Positions 55,805-64,000 of a DNA stretch of 64,000 nt are shown here, piece after piece. Within the stretch, counting starts at the first letter, position 1; the number at the start of each line of letters is the position of its first letter. A program made the translations under genes and the position numbers. Origin of the DNA: an uncultured Terracidiphilus sp. (GTDB lineage Bacteria; Acidobacteriota; Terriglobia; Terriglobales; Acidobacteriaceae); assembly GCA_964420185.1 (NCBI GenBank), contig CAYQSI010000010.1:4456-68455 (forward strand), read 5' to 3'. Under the pieces are notes generated by a model. That model ran no database searches and was not told the origin of the DNA. It saw nothing but the letters and a program-made list of their open reading frames with translations.

Positions 55805-56328
55805 ACGCGCACCCAATCTTGCCCTTATGGTAACGCAGGGGGGGCTGTGATGGCGAAGGCGCAAGAAAATTCCACGATCCAGGAGCGAGACGCGGGCGCC
55901 ATTTTAGTGTTGGCTCGGATGGCAGAAGGCGTATGAAATGTGGACTTTAGCACGGGTAATCGTGTTGGCGGGTAGTCTCCTCCCGGCCGAAAATGAAAAT
56001 TTCTCCAGCGAGAGAGGAGTAAAAAGTTTGCACATTCTCTGACTTTAGTAACGTGTAGGCTATTGAATTTACAGATGATATATGCGAGCGCGGCATGCAT
56101 AATCTAGTTAGCCAACATCTGAAGTGCGCAGGCGGACGTTTCTTTAAGTGTTCCCCCTGCTGTTCTTTGTTTTTGCACAGCTTCAATGGGGTACAATGCT
56201 TCGCAGGGGTAAAGAGCTGGTATTTCAGTGCTTTGCCCGGCCCGGCCTATAGGGTTTTTGGACGGTCAACCGCCAAAAAGCGTTAGCAAGGCAGATGCCC
56301 GCGAAGGAGAACTTGGGAGGTTTGAACG

Positions 56329-56949
56329 ATGGTGAATAAACTCTGGTTCCTTGTACTCGCGTCAGCAACCGCGCTTGCGATGTCGCCAGCCGCAAAGGCG
56401 GACTCGTTCGACGTCACGCTCAGCAGCACCGCCGGCCCCGGCCTGACCGCCAGTGGCACCCTCAGCGGTTCCTCGCTCGGCGGCGGCGCGTTTAGCATCA
56501 CCGGGGGAAACATGACGATCGACGGAATGACCGCAACCGTCATCGGAAATCCATACTCGTCAGCGGTAGCTTTTGATGACCTTTCCACGGGCGGGACCAT
56601 TAGTCTGACGATGCCTTCCTTTAAAGACGATTGGTTTTCTTTCGACGATGTCCTCATACCGGGAACCACGCCGTATGTGAACGGCAACGGACTCCTCTTC
56701 CTCCTTTCAAATGGGGGGGTGGTTGAGTTCTACGACTATGATGGCGCTCTTTCCTGGAACGAGTTCGTCGATGGTGCGTGGGTGATAGACTCCAGCCTCC
56801 CCAATGTTGAGGCAGGCGGCCAGGTGGTTAGCGCAAACATCTCGACCGCGCCGGAGGCGTCCTCGTCGCTGTTGTTCGGCACCGGGCTGCTCTTGCTGGC
56901 AGGCTTCCTTTTCTGGAAGGCCAGGCCCGGCATGGTCAGAGCCAAGTAG
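56329..56949 (+). CDS. PEP-CTERM sorting-domain secreted protein
   Basis: Signal peptide 'LWFLVLASATALAMSPAAKA'. The C-terminal 'APEASSSLLFGTGLLLLAGFLFWKARP' is a PEP-CTERM anchor. Confidence 0.75.
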   Translation: MVNKLWFLVLASATALAMSPAAKADSFDVTLSSTAGPGLTASGTLSGSSLGGGAFSITGGNMTIDGMTATVIGNPYSSAVAFDDLSTGGTISLTMPSFKDDWFSFDDVLIPGTTPYVNGNGLLFLLSNGGVVEFYDYDGALSWNEFVDGAWVIDSSLPNVEAGGQVVSANISTAPEASSSLLFGTGLLLLAGFLFWKARPGMVRAK

Positions 56950-57083
56950 TTTCTCAAGTTGTTTAGCAGACGACGGAGGGCGCGGAAACGCGCCCTCCGT
57001 TTTTGTGCGTGGGGAAAATACCGGGGTGGGTAACTCTCAGAATCGAGAGATGAAGCACTTGGCTCTTGTGGTGAGCAAAGGCC

Positions 57084-59933
57084 TCAGATTTTCTGTAAAT
57101 TGGCGAATTTTTCCATCAGTTTCTTCATGCCGTGGCGGGAGAAGAGGACGGTGAGCTTGGCGTCTTCGCCGTCGCCTTCGCGCATGAGGATAACGCCTTC
57201 GCCGTACTTCGAGTGGCGGACATGCTGACCCTTTTTCAAGCCAGTGGCGCCTTTGGACTGGGGCAGATCCATGGCCGGGTGAGACGCTGCCGGACGGGGC
57301 AGTGAGCCGGGCTTGCCGTGTCCCGACTGGCCTCCGAAGAAACGGGCAATATTGTCGATGGAGTTGGGCGCTTCCGGCGCGTCCGCGCTTTGACTCTTTG
57401 GAGTGGATTCCTGGCTTGACGAAGTGGCCTTGGGAGTCATCCAGGAGGCGATAAATGGCTTGGAGGAAGAGCTACCTGCGCCCGCGCCGTAGCTTTTGTT
57501 CCCACTATGTGCGAGGCCCTTGGCAGGCGTGAGCGGAATTTCCTGGCTTTCGTCTTCGTAGTTGAAGTGCCGGTCGGCGAAGTCGCCGGACTGACCCTGC
57601 CGGCGGGTTGCGCCGAATCGGGAGTTCCTGCCGTAGGTGCTGGAGTAGCCGGGAGTAGACCAGGCCGGGCTGCGTCCGCTGAGATTTTCGATCAACTGGC
57701 TGGGGACTTCTTCAAGAAAGCGGGAGGGAACGCTCATCTCCGGGGCATCGTTGCCGTAGCGGCGGCGATAGTTGGCGCGGGTGAGGATGAGGGAGTTCAT
57801 GGCGCGGGTCATGCCGACGTAGCAGAGGCGGCGTTCCTCTTCGAGTTCGTCGGGGCTGTTGAGGGTGCGCGAGTGGGGGAAAAGGCCCTCCTCAAGGCCG
57901 GAGAGGAAGACGAGAGGGAACTCCAATCCTTTGGCGGCATGGAGGGTCATGAGGGTGACGCGGGAGTCGGGGTCGAACTGGTCAGTGTCAGAGGCCAGAG
58001 CCGCATTGTCCAGGAACTCGCCCAGGGTTTCGCCGCGGGTCTCGGCGTCGTGGGCGGCGTTCGCCAGCTCCTTCAGGTTTTCAATGCGGCTGAAGGCTTC
58101 CGGCGAGCCTTCAGTTTCAAGAGCCTTGATGTAGCCAGTGCGGTCGAGGAGGAAACGAATCAGCTCGGGGAGGGTGGCTGCGTCGCCTGGCTTGCGGAAG
58201 GCGACTGCCTGCTCGTTTTGTTCCTTGTTTTCCTGGTTAAGCTCGGGGTTGGATTCGGCTGGGCTCTCAAGCTCCTGACGTTTGGACTGAGCGGCGAAAG
58301 GCGAAAAGCTGCTGGCGTCCAGCGGGGGATGCTCTTCGCCGCCAAAGTCGAAGTTGGTTGCGGATTCGGCGCTCGCGGAGTCGGCCGTGCCAGCCCCAAA
58401 CTCGAAGCCGGTATCGGCCTCCTCCTCGGCCTCAGCGCTGGCGGCCACGTCGGCTGAGAGCTTGCCGGCAAAGTCGGGGTCCATCATGGCCTGGGCGTCG
58501 AGGATGAGCTGGCGGAAAGACTCGATGGCCATGAGGGCGCGGGCGGGGATGAGGCGGTTGGCGATGGCTGCCGAGAGGGTGTCCCACGTGGAGGCGCCGG
58601 TTTCAAGAGCCAGCCGCTCCAGGGTCTCCAGGGTGGTTTTGCCGATGCCGCGGGCCGGGGTGTTGATCACCCGTTGCAGGGCCATCGAATCGTGGGGGTT
58701 GCGGATGAGGCGCAGGTAGGCGAGCAGATCCTTGATCTCAGCGCGTTCATAAAAGCTGAAGCCGCCGACCATGGTGTAGGAGATGTTGAAGCGGCGCAGC
58801 GCCTCCTCAACCAGGCGAGACTGAGCGTTGGTGCGGTAGAGCACCGCGCAATGGTCAGCTCCGGCATCTTTGCTTTCGGAGGAGTTCGTTTTACGCAGGA
58901 ATGTCTGGATGCGGTCGGCGATGAAAAGGGCCTCATTTTCGCCGTCGGGGGCTTCATAGTAGCCGATCAGCGAGCCGCCCTGGCGGTCGGTCCAGAGTTT
59001 CTTGCCCTTGCGCTGGAGGTTGTTGGCAACCACGGCTCCGGCGGCTTCCAGAATAATTTGTGTCGAGCGGTAGTTCTGTTCCAGCCTGACAATGCGGGCG
59101 TTGGGGAAGTCCTTTTCAAACTCCAGAATGTTGCGGATGTCAGCGCCACGCCAGGAGTAGATGCTCTGGTCTTCGTCGCCGACGGCGCACACATTCTTGG
59201 CTTCGCCAGCCAGCAGCTTCATCAGTTCGTACTGGGGGCGGTTGGTGTCCTGGTACTCGTCCACCAGCAGATAGCGGTAGCGGCGCTGGTAGCGTTGGCA
59301 CACCTCGGCAGAGGCTTTGAGCAGTCGAACGGCTTCCAGCAGCAAGTCGTCGAAATCGAGGGCGTTGCACTTGCGCAGTTCGGCCTTGTAGCCCTGGTAG
59401 ATGTGGGCAATGCGCTCGCTGTTGGGATCTTTCGAGGCGAGGTAATACTCCTGGGGATCGACCATGTGGTTCTTGGCCCAGGAGATGCGGCCCAGAACCG
59501 TGCGCGGGGTGAGCTGCTTGGTGTCCAGGCCCATGCGGCGCATGATTTTCTTGACGATGGCCTGCTGGTCGTTTTCGTCGTAGATGGCAAAGGAGCGGGT
59601 GAGGCCTTCGCCGGCGACCTTCAGGGCCTCAATGTCGCGGCGCAACAAGCGGACGCAGAGCGAGTGAAAGGTGCAGATGAGGGGCTTGGCCAGCGATGAG
59701 TGGTCAAGCATCCGGTCAACTCGCTCGCCCATCTCTTTGGCGGCCTTGTTGGTGAAGGTAACGGCCAGGATGGAGTCCGGGGCGACGCCCTTTTCATGGA
59801 CGAGCCAGACGATGCGGCTGGTGATGACGCGGGTCTTGCCCGAGCCAGCTCCGGCGAGGATGAGCAGCGGGCCTTCAGTGGCCTCGACGGCGGCGCGCTG
59901 TTCGGGATTCAGATTGGAGAGTTGCGGCTGCAA
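57084..59933 (-). CDS. uvrD: ATP-dependent DNA helicase UvrD/PcrA
   Basis: 'LNPEQRAAVEATEGPLLILAGAGSGKTRVIT', 'LLVDEYQDTN' and 'TLHAAKGLEFPLVFL'. The C-terminal Tudor-like segment reads 'GQHVRHSKYGEGVILM'. At 949 aa it is long because of low-complexity inserts. Confidence 0.92.
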   Translation of the reverse strand: MQPQLSNLNPEQRAAVEATEGPLLILAGAGSGKTRVITSRIVWLVHEKGVAPDSILAVTFTNKAAKEMGERVDRMLDHSSLAKPLICTFHSLCVRLLRRDIEALKVAGEGLTRSFAIYDENDQQAIVKKIMRRMGLDTKQLTPRTVLGRISWAKNHMVDPQEYYLASKDPNSERIAHIYQGYKAELRKCNALDFDDLLLEAVRLLKASAEVCQRYQRRYRYLLVDEYQDTNRPQYELMKLLAGEAKNVCAVGDEDQSIYSWRGADIRNILEFEKDFPNARIVRLEQNYRSTQIILEAAGAVVANNLQRKGKKLWTDRQGGSLIGYYEAPDGENEALFIADRIQTFLRKTNSSESKDAGADHCAVLYRTNAQSRLVEEALRRFNISYTMVGGFSFYERAEIKDLLAYLRLIRNPHDSMALQRVINTPARGIGKTTLETLERLALETGASTWDTLSAAIANRLIPARALMAIESFRQLILDAQAMMDPDFAGKLSADVAASAEAEEEADTGFEFGAGTADSASAESATNFDFGGEEHPPLDASSFSPFAAQSKRQELESPAESNPELNQENKEQNEQAVAFRKPGDAATLPELIRFLLDRTGYIKALETEGSPEAFSRIENLKELANAAHDAETRGETLGEFLDNAALASDTDQFDPDSRVTLMTLHAAKGLEFPLVFLSGLEEGLFPHSRTLNSPDELEEERRLCYVGMTRAMNSLILTRANYRRRYGNDAPEMSVPSRFLEEVPSQLIENLSGRSPAWSTPGYSSTYGRNSRFGATRRQGQSGDFADRHFNYEDESQEIPLTPAKGLAHSGNKSYGAGAGSSSSKPFIASWMTPKATSSSQESTPKSQSADAPEAPNSIDNIARFFGGQSGHGKPGSLPRPAASHPAMDLPQSKGATGLKKGQHVRHSKYGEGVILMREGDGEDAKLTVLFSRHGMKKLMEKFANLQKI

Positions 59934-60054
59934 GATGGCGTCCAGGCGGGAAGGGTCCTGTCTCTAGTGTACCCGCAGCAACGCTGGCTGGAGATGGGCA
60001 GTGGATGCGGTTCTGGATTGACGGCAAACCAATAAATAGGCTAAAGAAGTGCAC

Positions 60055-60441
60055 ATGATGAAATATTTGCTGGGATTCGTGATTTTGACGGGTTTTTTCT
60101 TGCTGGGGATGTTTCTGCATGGCCTGGGCGTTCCGATTCCCGGCGGAGTGCTGGGACTGATCTTGTTCTTCCTGGCCCTGCAGATTGGTCTCATCAAGCT
60201 GAAGTGGGTTGAGCGCGCGGCTGGATTGATGCTGCGTCACATGGTGCTGCTGTTTGTCCCTCTGACGGTGGGCATCATGGACCTGGGCTCGCTGCTGGCG
60301 CGGCAGGCGCTGGCCATCTCCGCCAGCCTGCTGGTCAGCCTGACGGCGGTGCTGTTGACTACCGGTCTGATGGGCCGGTGGCTGCTTCCCACCGCACCGC
60401 GGGGCGAAAAGATCAACCAAGCCACGGAGGCAAGCGAATGA
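60055..60441 (+). CDS. lrgA: CidA/LrgA family holin-like protein
   Basis: About 128 aa with four TM segments, including 'GVPIPGGVLGLILFFLAL'. Followed by lrgB with an ATGA overlap. Confidence 0.8.
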   Translation: MMKYLLGFVILTGFFLLGMFLHGLGVPIPGGVLGLILFFLALQIGLIKLKWVERAAGLMLRHMVLLFVPLTVGIMDLGSLLARQALAISASLLVSLTAVLLTTGLMGRWLLPTAPRGEKINQATEASE

Positions 60442-61130
60442 ATTTTGCATTGTGTCTCCGATACCCGGTGACGAGCATTGCGTTTACCTTGGTGTTCTAT
60501 GCGTTGGCCGTGGTTCTGCACCGGCGTTGGCGCTGGATTCCGCCCATCGTTGCCGCCTGCATCCCTATTGTGGTCCTGCTTCTGCTCTTCAGAGAGCCGT
60601 ATACGGAGTACAACCGGGGCGGCGATCTGCTGACCTGGCTGCTGGGGCCGGCGACGGTGGGGTTGGCCGTGCCCATGTACCGGCACGGCATGGCGCTCCG
60701 GCGGTCGCTGCCCACGCTTGCGGGGATTGTTCTGGCCGGCACGGTGGTGGGCATGACAACGGCCGGCTTGACCGCCTGGCTGCTGGGTGCGCCGTTGCCG
60801 GTGGTCATGTCGACAATTCCAAAATCGGTGACCACCCCGATTGCCATCGAGATCTGCCGCGAGCTGAAAGGCATTCCCCAGATCACCATCGCAATGGTTA
60901 TCCTGGCCGGAGTTCTGGGCGCCAGCTTCGGGCTTCCGTTGCTACGTCTGGCCGGCGTGCGCGATGACCGGGCCATCGGCGCTGCGATCGGCACGGGTTC
61001 GCATGGGGTTGGTACGGCCAGTCTGGTTCGCCACTCTGAGATGCAGGCGGCGGTTTCGTCTTGGGCTATGGCCTCGGCAGGTGTTTATACCTCGCTGCTG
61101 GCGGCGCTGCTCAAGTTGTTTCTGCGCTGA
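60438..61130 (+). CDS. lrgB: LrgB/CidB family membrane protein
   Basis: Trimmed to 'MNFALCLRYPVTSIAFTLVFYAL'. 'TIPKSVTTPIAIEI' and 'AIGTGSHGVGTA' are LrgB blocks. Confidence 0.85.
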   Translation: MNFALCLRYPVTSIAFTLVFYALAVVLHRRWRWIPPIVAACIPIVVLLLLFREPYTEYNRGGDLLTWLLGPATVGLAVPMYRHGMALRRSLPTLAGIVLAGTVVGMTTAGLTAWLLGAPLPVVMSTIPKSVTTPIAIEICRELKGIPQITIAMVILAGVLGASFGLPLLRLAGVRDDRAIGAAIGTGSHGVGTASLVRHSEMQAAVSSWAMASAGVYTSLLAALLKLFLR

Positions 61131-61170
61131 GTAGGGGCAGGCTTCTCCGCCAAGTTATGCTGAAGACACC

Positions 61171-61773
61171 ATGACAATATCGGCAGAACCTGAAGTTCAC
61201 GGCGACGGGGCCATGTCGCCGGAGTCGAAGACCGCGCGCCGCGTGGCGGTTTTCTGCGGATCAGCAGACGGAACCAATCCCGCATTTGTTGCCGAGGCTC
61301 GTGCGCTGGGCGCATTGATTGCCGCCGCCGGGCTGGGACTGGTTTATGGCGGGGCCAGCGTGGGGTTGATGGGCACGGTGGCCGATGCGGCGCTGGCCGG
61401 CGGGGCGGAAGTGATTGGCGTGCTGCCCGCGGTGTTGACCGGCCGCGAGATTGAACATACCGGGCTGACCTCGCTCGAACTGGTGCCCACCATGCACGTG
61501 CGCAAGGCGCGCCAGGTCGAACTGGCCGATGCGTTTCTGGTATTGCCAGGCGGCTACGGCACGATGGACGAGATGGTGGAAGTGGTGACCTGGGCGCAAC
61601 TCGGCCTGCACGCCAAGCCTTGCATCCTGATCAATACGGCAGGGTACTGGAATGGGCTGCTGGCCTTTCTCGATTCCGCCGTCACCGCGGGATTCGTGAA
61701 GCCGAAGAACCGGGGGCTGGTACGCGTGGCCGCCAGCGCGAAAGAGGCAGTGGGGATGGCGGTTGGCGGCTGA
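61171..61773 (+). CDS. LOG family (TIGR00730) cytokinin riboside 5'-monophosphate phosphoribohydrolase-like protein
   Basis: 'VAVFCGSADG', 'LVYGGASVGLMG' and 'LPGGYGTMDEMVEVVTWAQLGLHAKP'. Confidence 0.85.
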   Translation: MTISAEPEVHGDGAMSPESKTARRVAVFCGSADGTNPAFVAEARALGALIAAAGLGLVYGGASVGLMGTVADAALAGGAEVIGVLPAVLTGREIEHTGLTSLELVPTMHVRKARQVELADAFLVLPGGYGTMDEMVEVVTWAQLGLHAKPCILINTAGYWNGLLAFLDSAVTAGFVKPKNRGLVRVAASAKEAVGMAVGG

Positions 61774-62105
61774 CGGAATCCAGCCCATCAAATCCCATGC
61801 GGAGAATTACCGATCCCCGGCGCACAATATTCATTGGAGGTCAGAGGGCAGCGAGGTCAATGTATCCCCGGCCCAAAATGTCAGGGAAGTGACCGGTCCG
61901 TACCACCGAAAAGCCTACCCCCTACCCCCCCTAAATTATTTTCCAAACCTTGCAGGTAATTTCATAGTAAACAGGGAGTACATTGCCTTTCCTGGCTTGT
62001 TTCGCTGCCTGTCAGGGTTCCGCAATCCTGAAAATGCCCTGAACCGGGACGTTTTGTTGCGAACGGCCAGGATCTTCGGCCATTTTCGTATACTCAACTC
62101 AGCGT

Positions 62106-62918
62106 ATGTCTACTTACCTCGACAGGATTCTGACCGCGACGCGGGCCACAGTGGCCGCTGCCAAGGCTCGTGTTCCCTTGGCGGAGTTGGAACGGCTGGC
62201 CGCTGCTCACCAGCCGCGCGGCTGGGCCAGGGCTCTGCGGTGGCAGGCTGCCGCGGGCCCAGCCGTCATCGCCGAAATCAAGAAAGCCTCGCCCTCCAAG
62301 GGGTTGATTCGCGCGGATTTCGATGCGGCTCAACTGGCCCGGAGTTACTTTGCCGGCGGCGCGACGGCGCTTTCCGTGTTGACGGACGAGCCGTTTTTCC
62401 AAGGCAGTCTGCACAACCTGGAGTTGGCTTCGGCTGCGGTTCCACTTCCTTGCCTGCGCAAGGATTTCACGGTGGATGAGTACCAGATCGTGGAAGCGCG
62501 CGCGCACCATGGAGACGCGATTCTGCTGATTGTTGCCGCGCTCACCGACGGCGAACTCAGCCGCTTTGCCCAGGCGGCGCACAGGCTCTCTCTCGATGTG
62601 CTGGTCGAGGTGCACACGGCTGCCGAGCTTGACCGCGTGTTCAGCACTCTGGGTGAGACCGGCGCCGACGCCATCGGCGTGAACAACCGCAACCTCAAGA
62701 GTTTTGAAGTACGCCTTGAAACCTCGCTCGAACTGGTAGCGCGGATTCCATCTGCCGTGGTGCGCGTGGCCGAGAGCGGCATCGCGACGCCTGAAGACCT
62801 GGTCCGGTTGCGCGCGGCGGGCTTCGACGCCTTTCTGATTGGCGAAAGCCTGGTGCGTCAACCCGACCCTGGCGCGGCGCTGGCTGCGCTGCTGGCAGGA
62901 GCAGCCGGCATCTTATGA
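62106..62918 (+). CDS. trpC: indole-3-glycerol phosphate synthase
   Basis: 'VIAEIKKASPSKGLIR', 'LSVLTDEPFFQGS', 'LRKDFTVDEYQIVEAR' and 'IGVNNRNLKSFEV'. Confidence 0.92.
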   Translation: MSTYLDRILTATRATVAAAKARVPLAELERLAAAHQPRGWARALRWQAAAGPAVIAEIKKASPSKGLIRADFDAAQLARSYFAGGATALSVLTDEPFFQGSLHNLELASAAVPLPCLRKDFTVDEYQIVEARAHHGDAILLIVAALTDGELSRFAQAAHRLSLDVLVEVHTAAELDRVFSTLGETGADAIGVNNRNLKSFEVRLETSLELVARIPSAVVRVAESGIATPEDLVRLRAAGFDAFLIGESLVRQPDPGAALAALLAGAAGIL

Positions 62919-63592
62919 GTATTTGGATCAAAATCTGCGCCAACACCTCGCTGGAAGACGCGCTGCTAGCCGCCGAAGCCGGGGCAGACGCGGTGGGGTT
63001 TGTCTTTGCGCCCAGCCCGCGCAGGGTTACGGCTGCCCAGGTAGCATCCATCACTCCGCACTTGCCGGCAACGGTGGAGAAGATCGGCGTTTTTGTTGAT
63101 GCGGCGTTGGAAGAGATCGTAACCACAGTTCGAGCCTGCGGCCTGACCGGCGTGCAACTGCACTTCGACGCGGACCCCGAACTGCCGGCAAAACTCCATG
63201 AGCGCCTCGGGCCGGAATTGCGCATCTTGCGCGTGATGCACTTCGCTGCGGAAACTGCCGGGCAGGGCGCGGCCGAGATCGCCGAGCACACACAGAACCC
63301 ACACGTGGATGCGGTGCTTGTGGACTCGCGCACAGCATTGGCCGCCGGTGGCACAGGCGCGACTTTCGACTGGGCTGCCGCCCGCATCGCTCTCTTCCAA
63401 AATGCGGAAGCGCGGAAGCGCCTGGTGGCTGCGGGCGGGCTGAACCCGGCCAACGTGGCCGAAGCCATCGCCGCGCTGCGCCCCTGGGGCGTGGATGTGG
63501 CCTCCGGCGTTGAAGCCGCGCCGGGCCGCAAGGACCCGGCCAAGGTGCGGGAGTTTGTGGCTCGTGCGAGGTTCGGGAATGCCACCTCCTGA
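62915..63592 (+). CDS. trpF: phosphoribosylanthranilate isomerase
   Basis: 'IKICANTSLEDALLAAEAGADAVGFVFAPSPRRV', 'GVQLH' and 'AGGLNPANVAEAI'. ATGA overlap with trpC. Confidence 0.9.
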   Translation: MSIWIKICANTSLEDALLAAEAGADAVGFVFAPSPRRVTAAQVASITPHLPATVEKIGVFVDAALEEIVTTVRACGLTGVQLHFDADPELPAKLHERLGPELRILRVMHFAAETAGQGAAEIAEHTQNPHVDAVLVDSRTALAAGGTGATFDWAAARIALFQNAEARKRLVAAGGLNPANVAEAIAALRPWGVDVASGVEAAPGRKDPAKVREFVARARFGNATS

Positions 63593-63656
63593 GTTTCCTC
63601 GGCATGCAATAGCTCGCCTGCCTTAAACTGTGATGCCCTGCTATGATCTGGTAGTT

Positions 63657-64000
63657 ATGACAGGTGGTCTGAATTTCGGCGGGAAACGCGAGTTGCTGGC
63701 ACGTGGACTGTTTTGGAGTGGCGCTTCTTTCCTGTTGTCGAGGCTTCCGGCGCGAAATTCGCTCTTGGTCTTGAACTACCATCGCATTGGCAACCCCGAT
63801 GACGATCTCTTCGATCCCGGCGTTTTCTCGGCAACCGCCGATCGGTTCAACGATCAAATCTCCTTTTTGAAGCGCCACGTTTCGCTGGTAACTCTCGAAG
63901 AAGCTCTAGGTTTTATCGAAGGCACAATCAAGGAGAAGATTCGCCGTTGCCGGGCGCTGGTCACTTTTGACGACGGGTATCTGGACAACTACGACATTGC
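63657..64000 (+). CDS. polysaccharide deacetylase family protein, N-terminal part (runs off the right edge)
   Basis: 'LVLNYHRIGNP....LVTFDDGYLDNYDIA' (NodB-type TFDDG block). An alternative in-frame ATG lies at 63633. Confidence 0.6.
   Translation, partial: MTGGLNFGGKRELLARGLFWSGASFLLSRLPARNSLLVLNYHRIGNPDDDLFDPGVFSATADRFNDQISFLKRHVSLVTLEEALGFIEGTIKEKIRRCRALVTFDDGYLDNYDI

Noticed and set aside
56150-56200. A sigma70-type promoter for the PEP-CTERM gene (TTGCAC ... TACAAT) and one for trpC (TTGCGA ... TATACT).
   Set aside because: The spacers are 13 nt and 26 nt respectively, outside the functional 16-19 nt range, so neither is reported as a feature.

Overview
This is a high-GC (about 60-65% in sampled lines) bacterial chromosomal segment. 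Its dense short intergenic repeats, which translate to strings such as 'KDGAPG', 'PVSILRPGK' and 'RLKSCPFKT', look like an Acidobacteriota (Terriglobia-type) genome; this is my recollection, not a search result. From left to right: (1) Origin-proximal housekeeping genes: cobO, accD, an orphan dnaN without dnaA, folC, plsC, a GATase, rsmG, a nucleotidyltransferase, two parS sites plus parAB, a NodB deacetylase, ridA, msrB, a MerR regulator and an OYE reductase. (2) Three tandem DUF3857/transglutaminase-like paralogs, then maf and isoaspartyl peptidase. (3) A co-directional phage-like block of about 21 kb (27.8-49.2 kb). It holds a 2373-aa tail-fibre/tailspike-like giant, two small secreted proteins, the terminase large subunit, a HipA-like kinase + DUF3037 cassette, portal, prohead protease, scaffold, capsid, five neck/tail ORFs and a small tail-anchored protein. 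I see no integrase, repressor, replication genes, tape measure or endolysin, and host MITEs sit between its genes. (4) typA, a low-GC two-gene island (HTH-ImmA/IrrE metallopeptidase overlapping a PIN-like gene), recA, an ABM protein, a PEP-CTERM protein, uvrD/pcrA, lrgAB, LOG, trpC, trpF and a partial deacetylase. The best candidates for undescribed biology are the kinase/DUF3037 cassette splitting terL and portal, the structural-genes-only (GTA-like or domesticated) phage block, the ImmA/IrrE-PIN island, and a family of at least 12 'RAGTTAGC' 8-nt-periodic hairpin elements. All calls rest on motifs I recognise by eye in the supplied ORF translations and sequence. No HMM, BLAST or folding was run. 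I found no rRNA, tRNA or CRISPR array.
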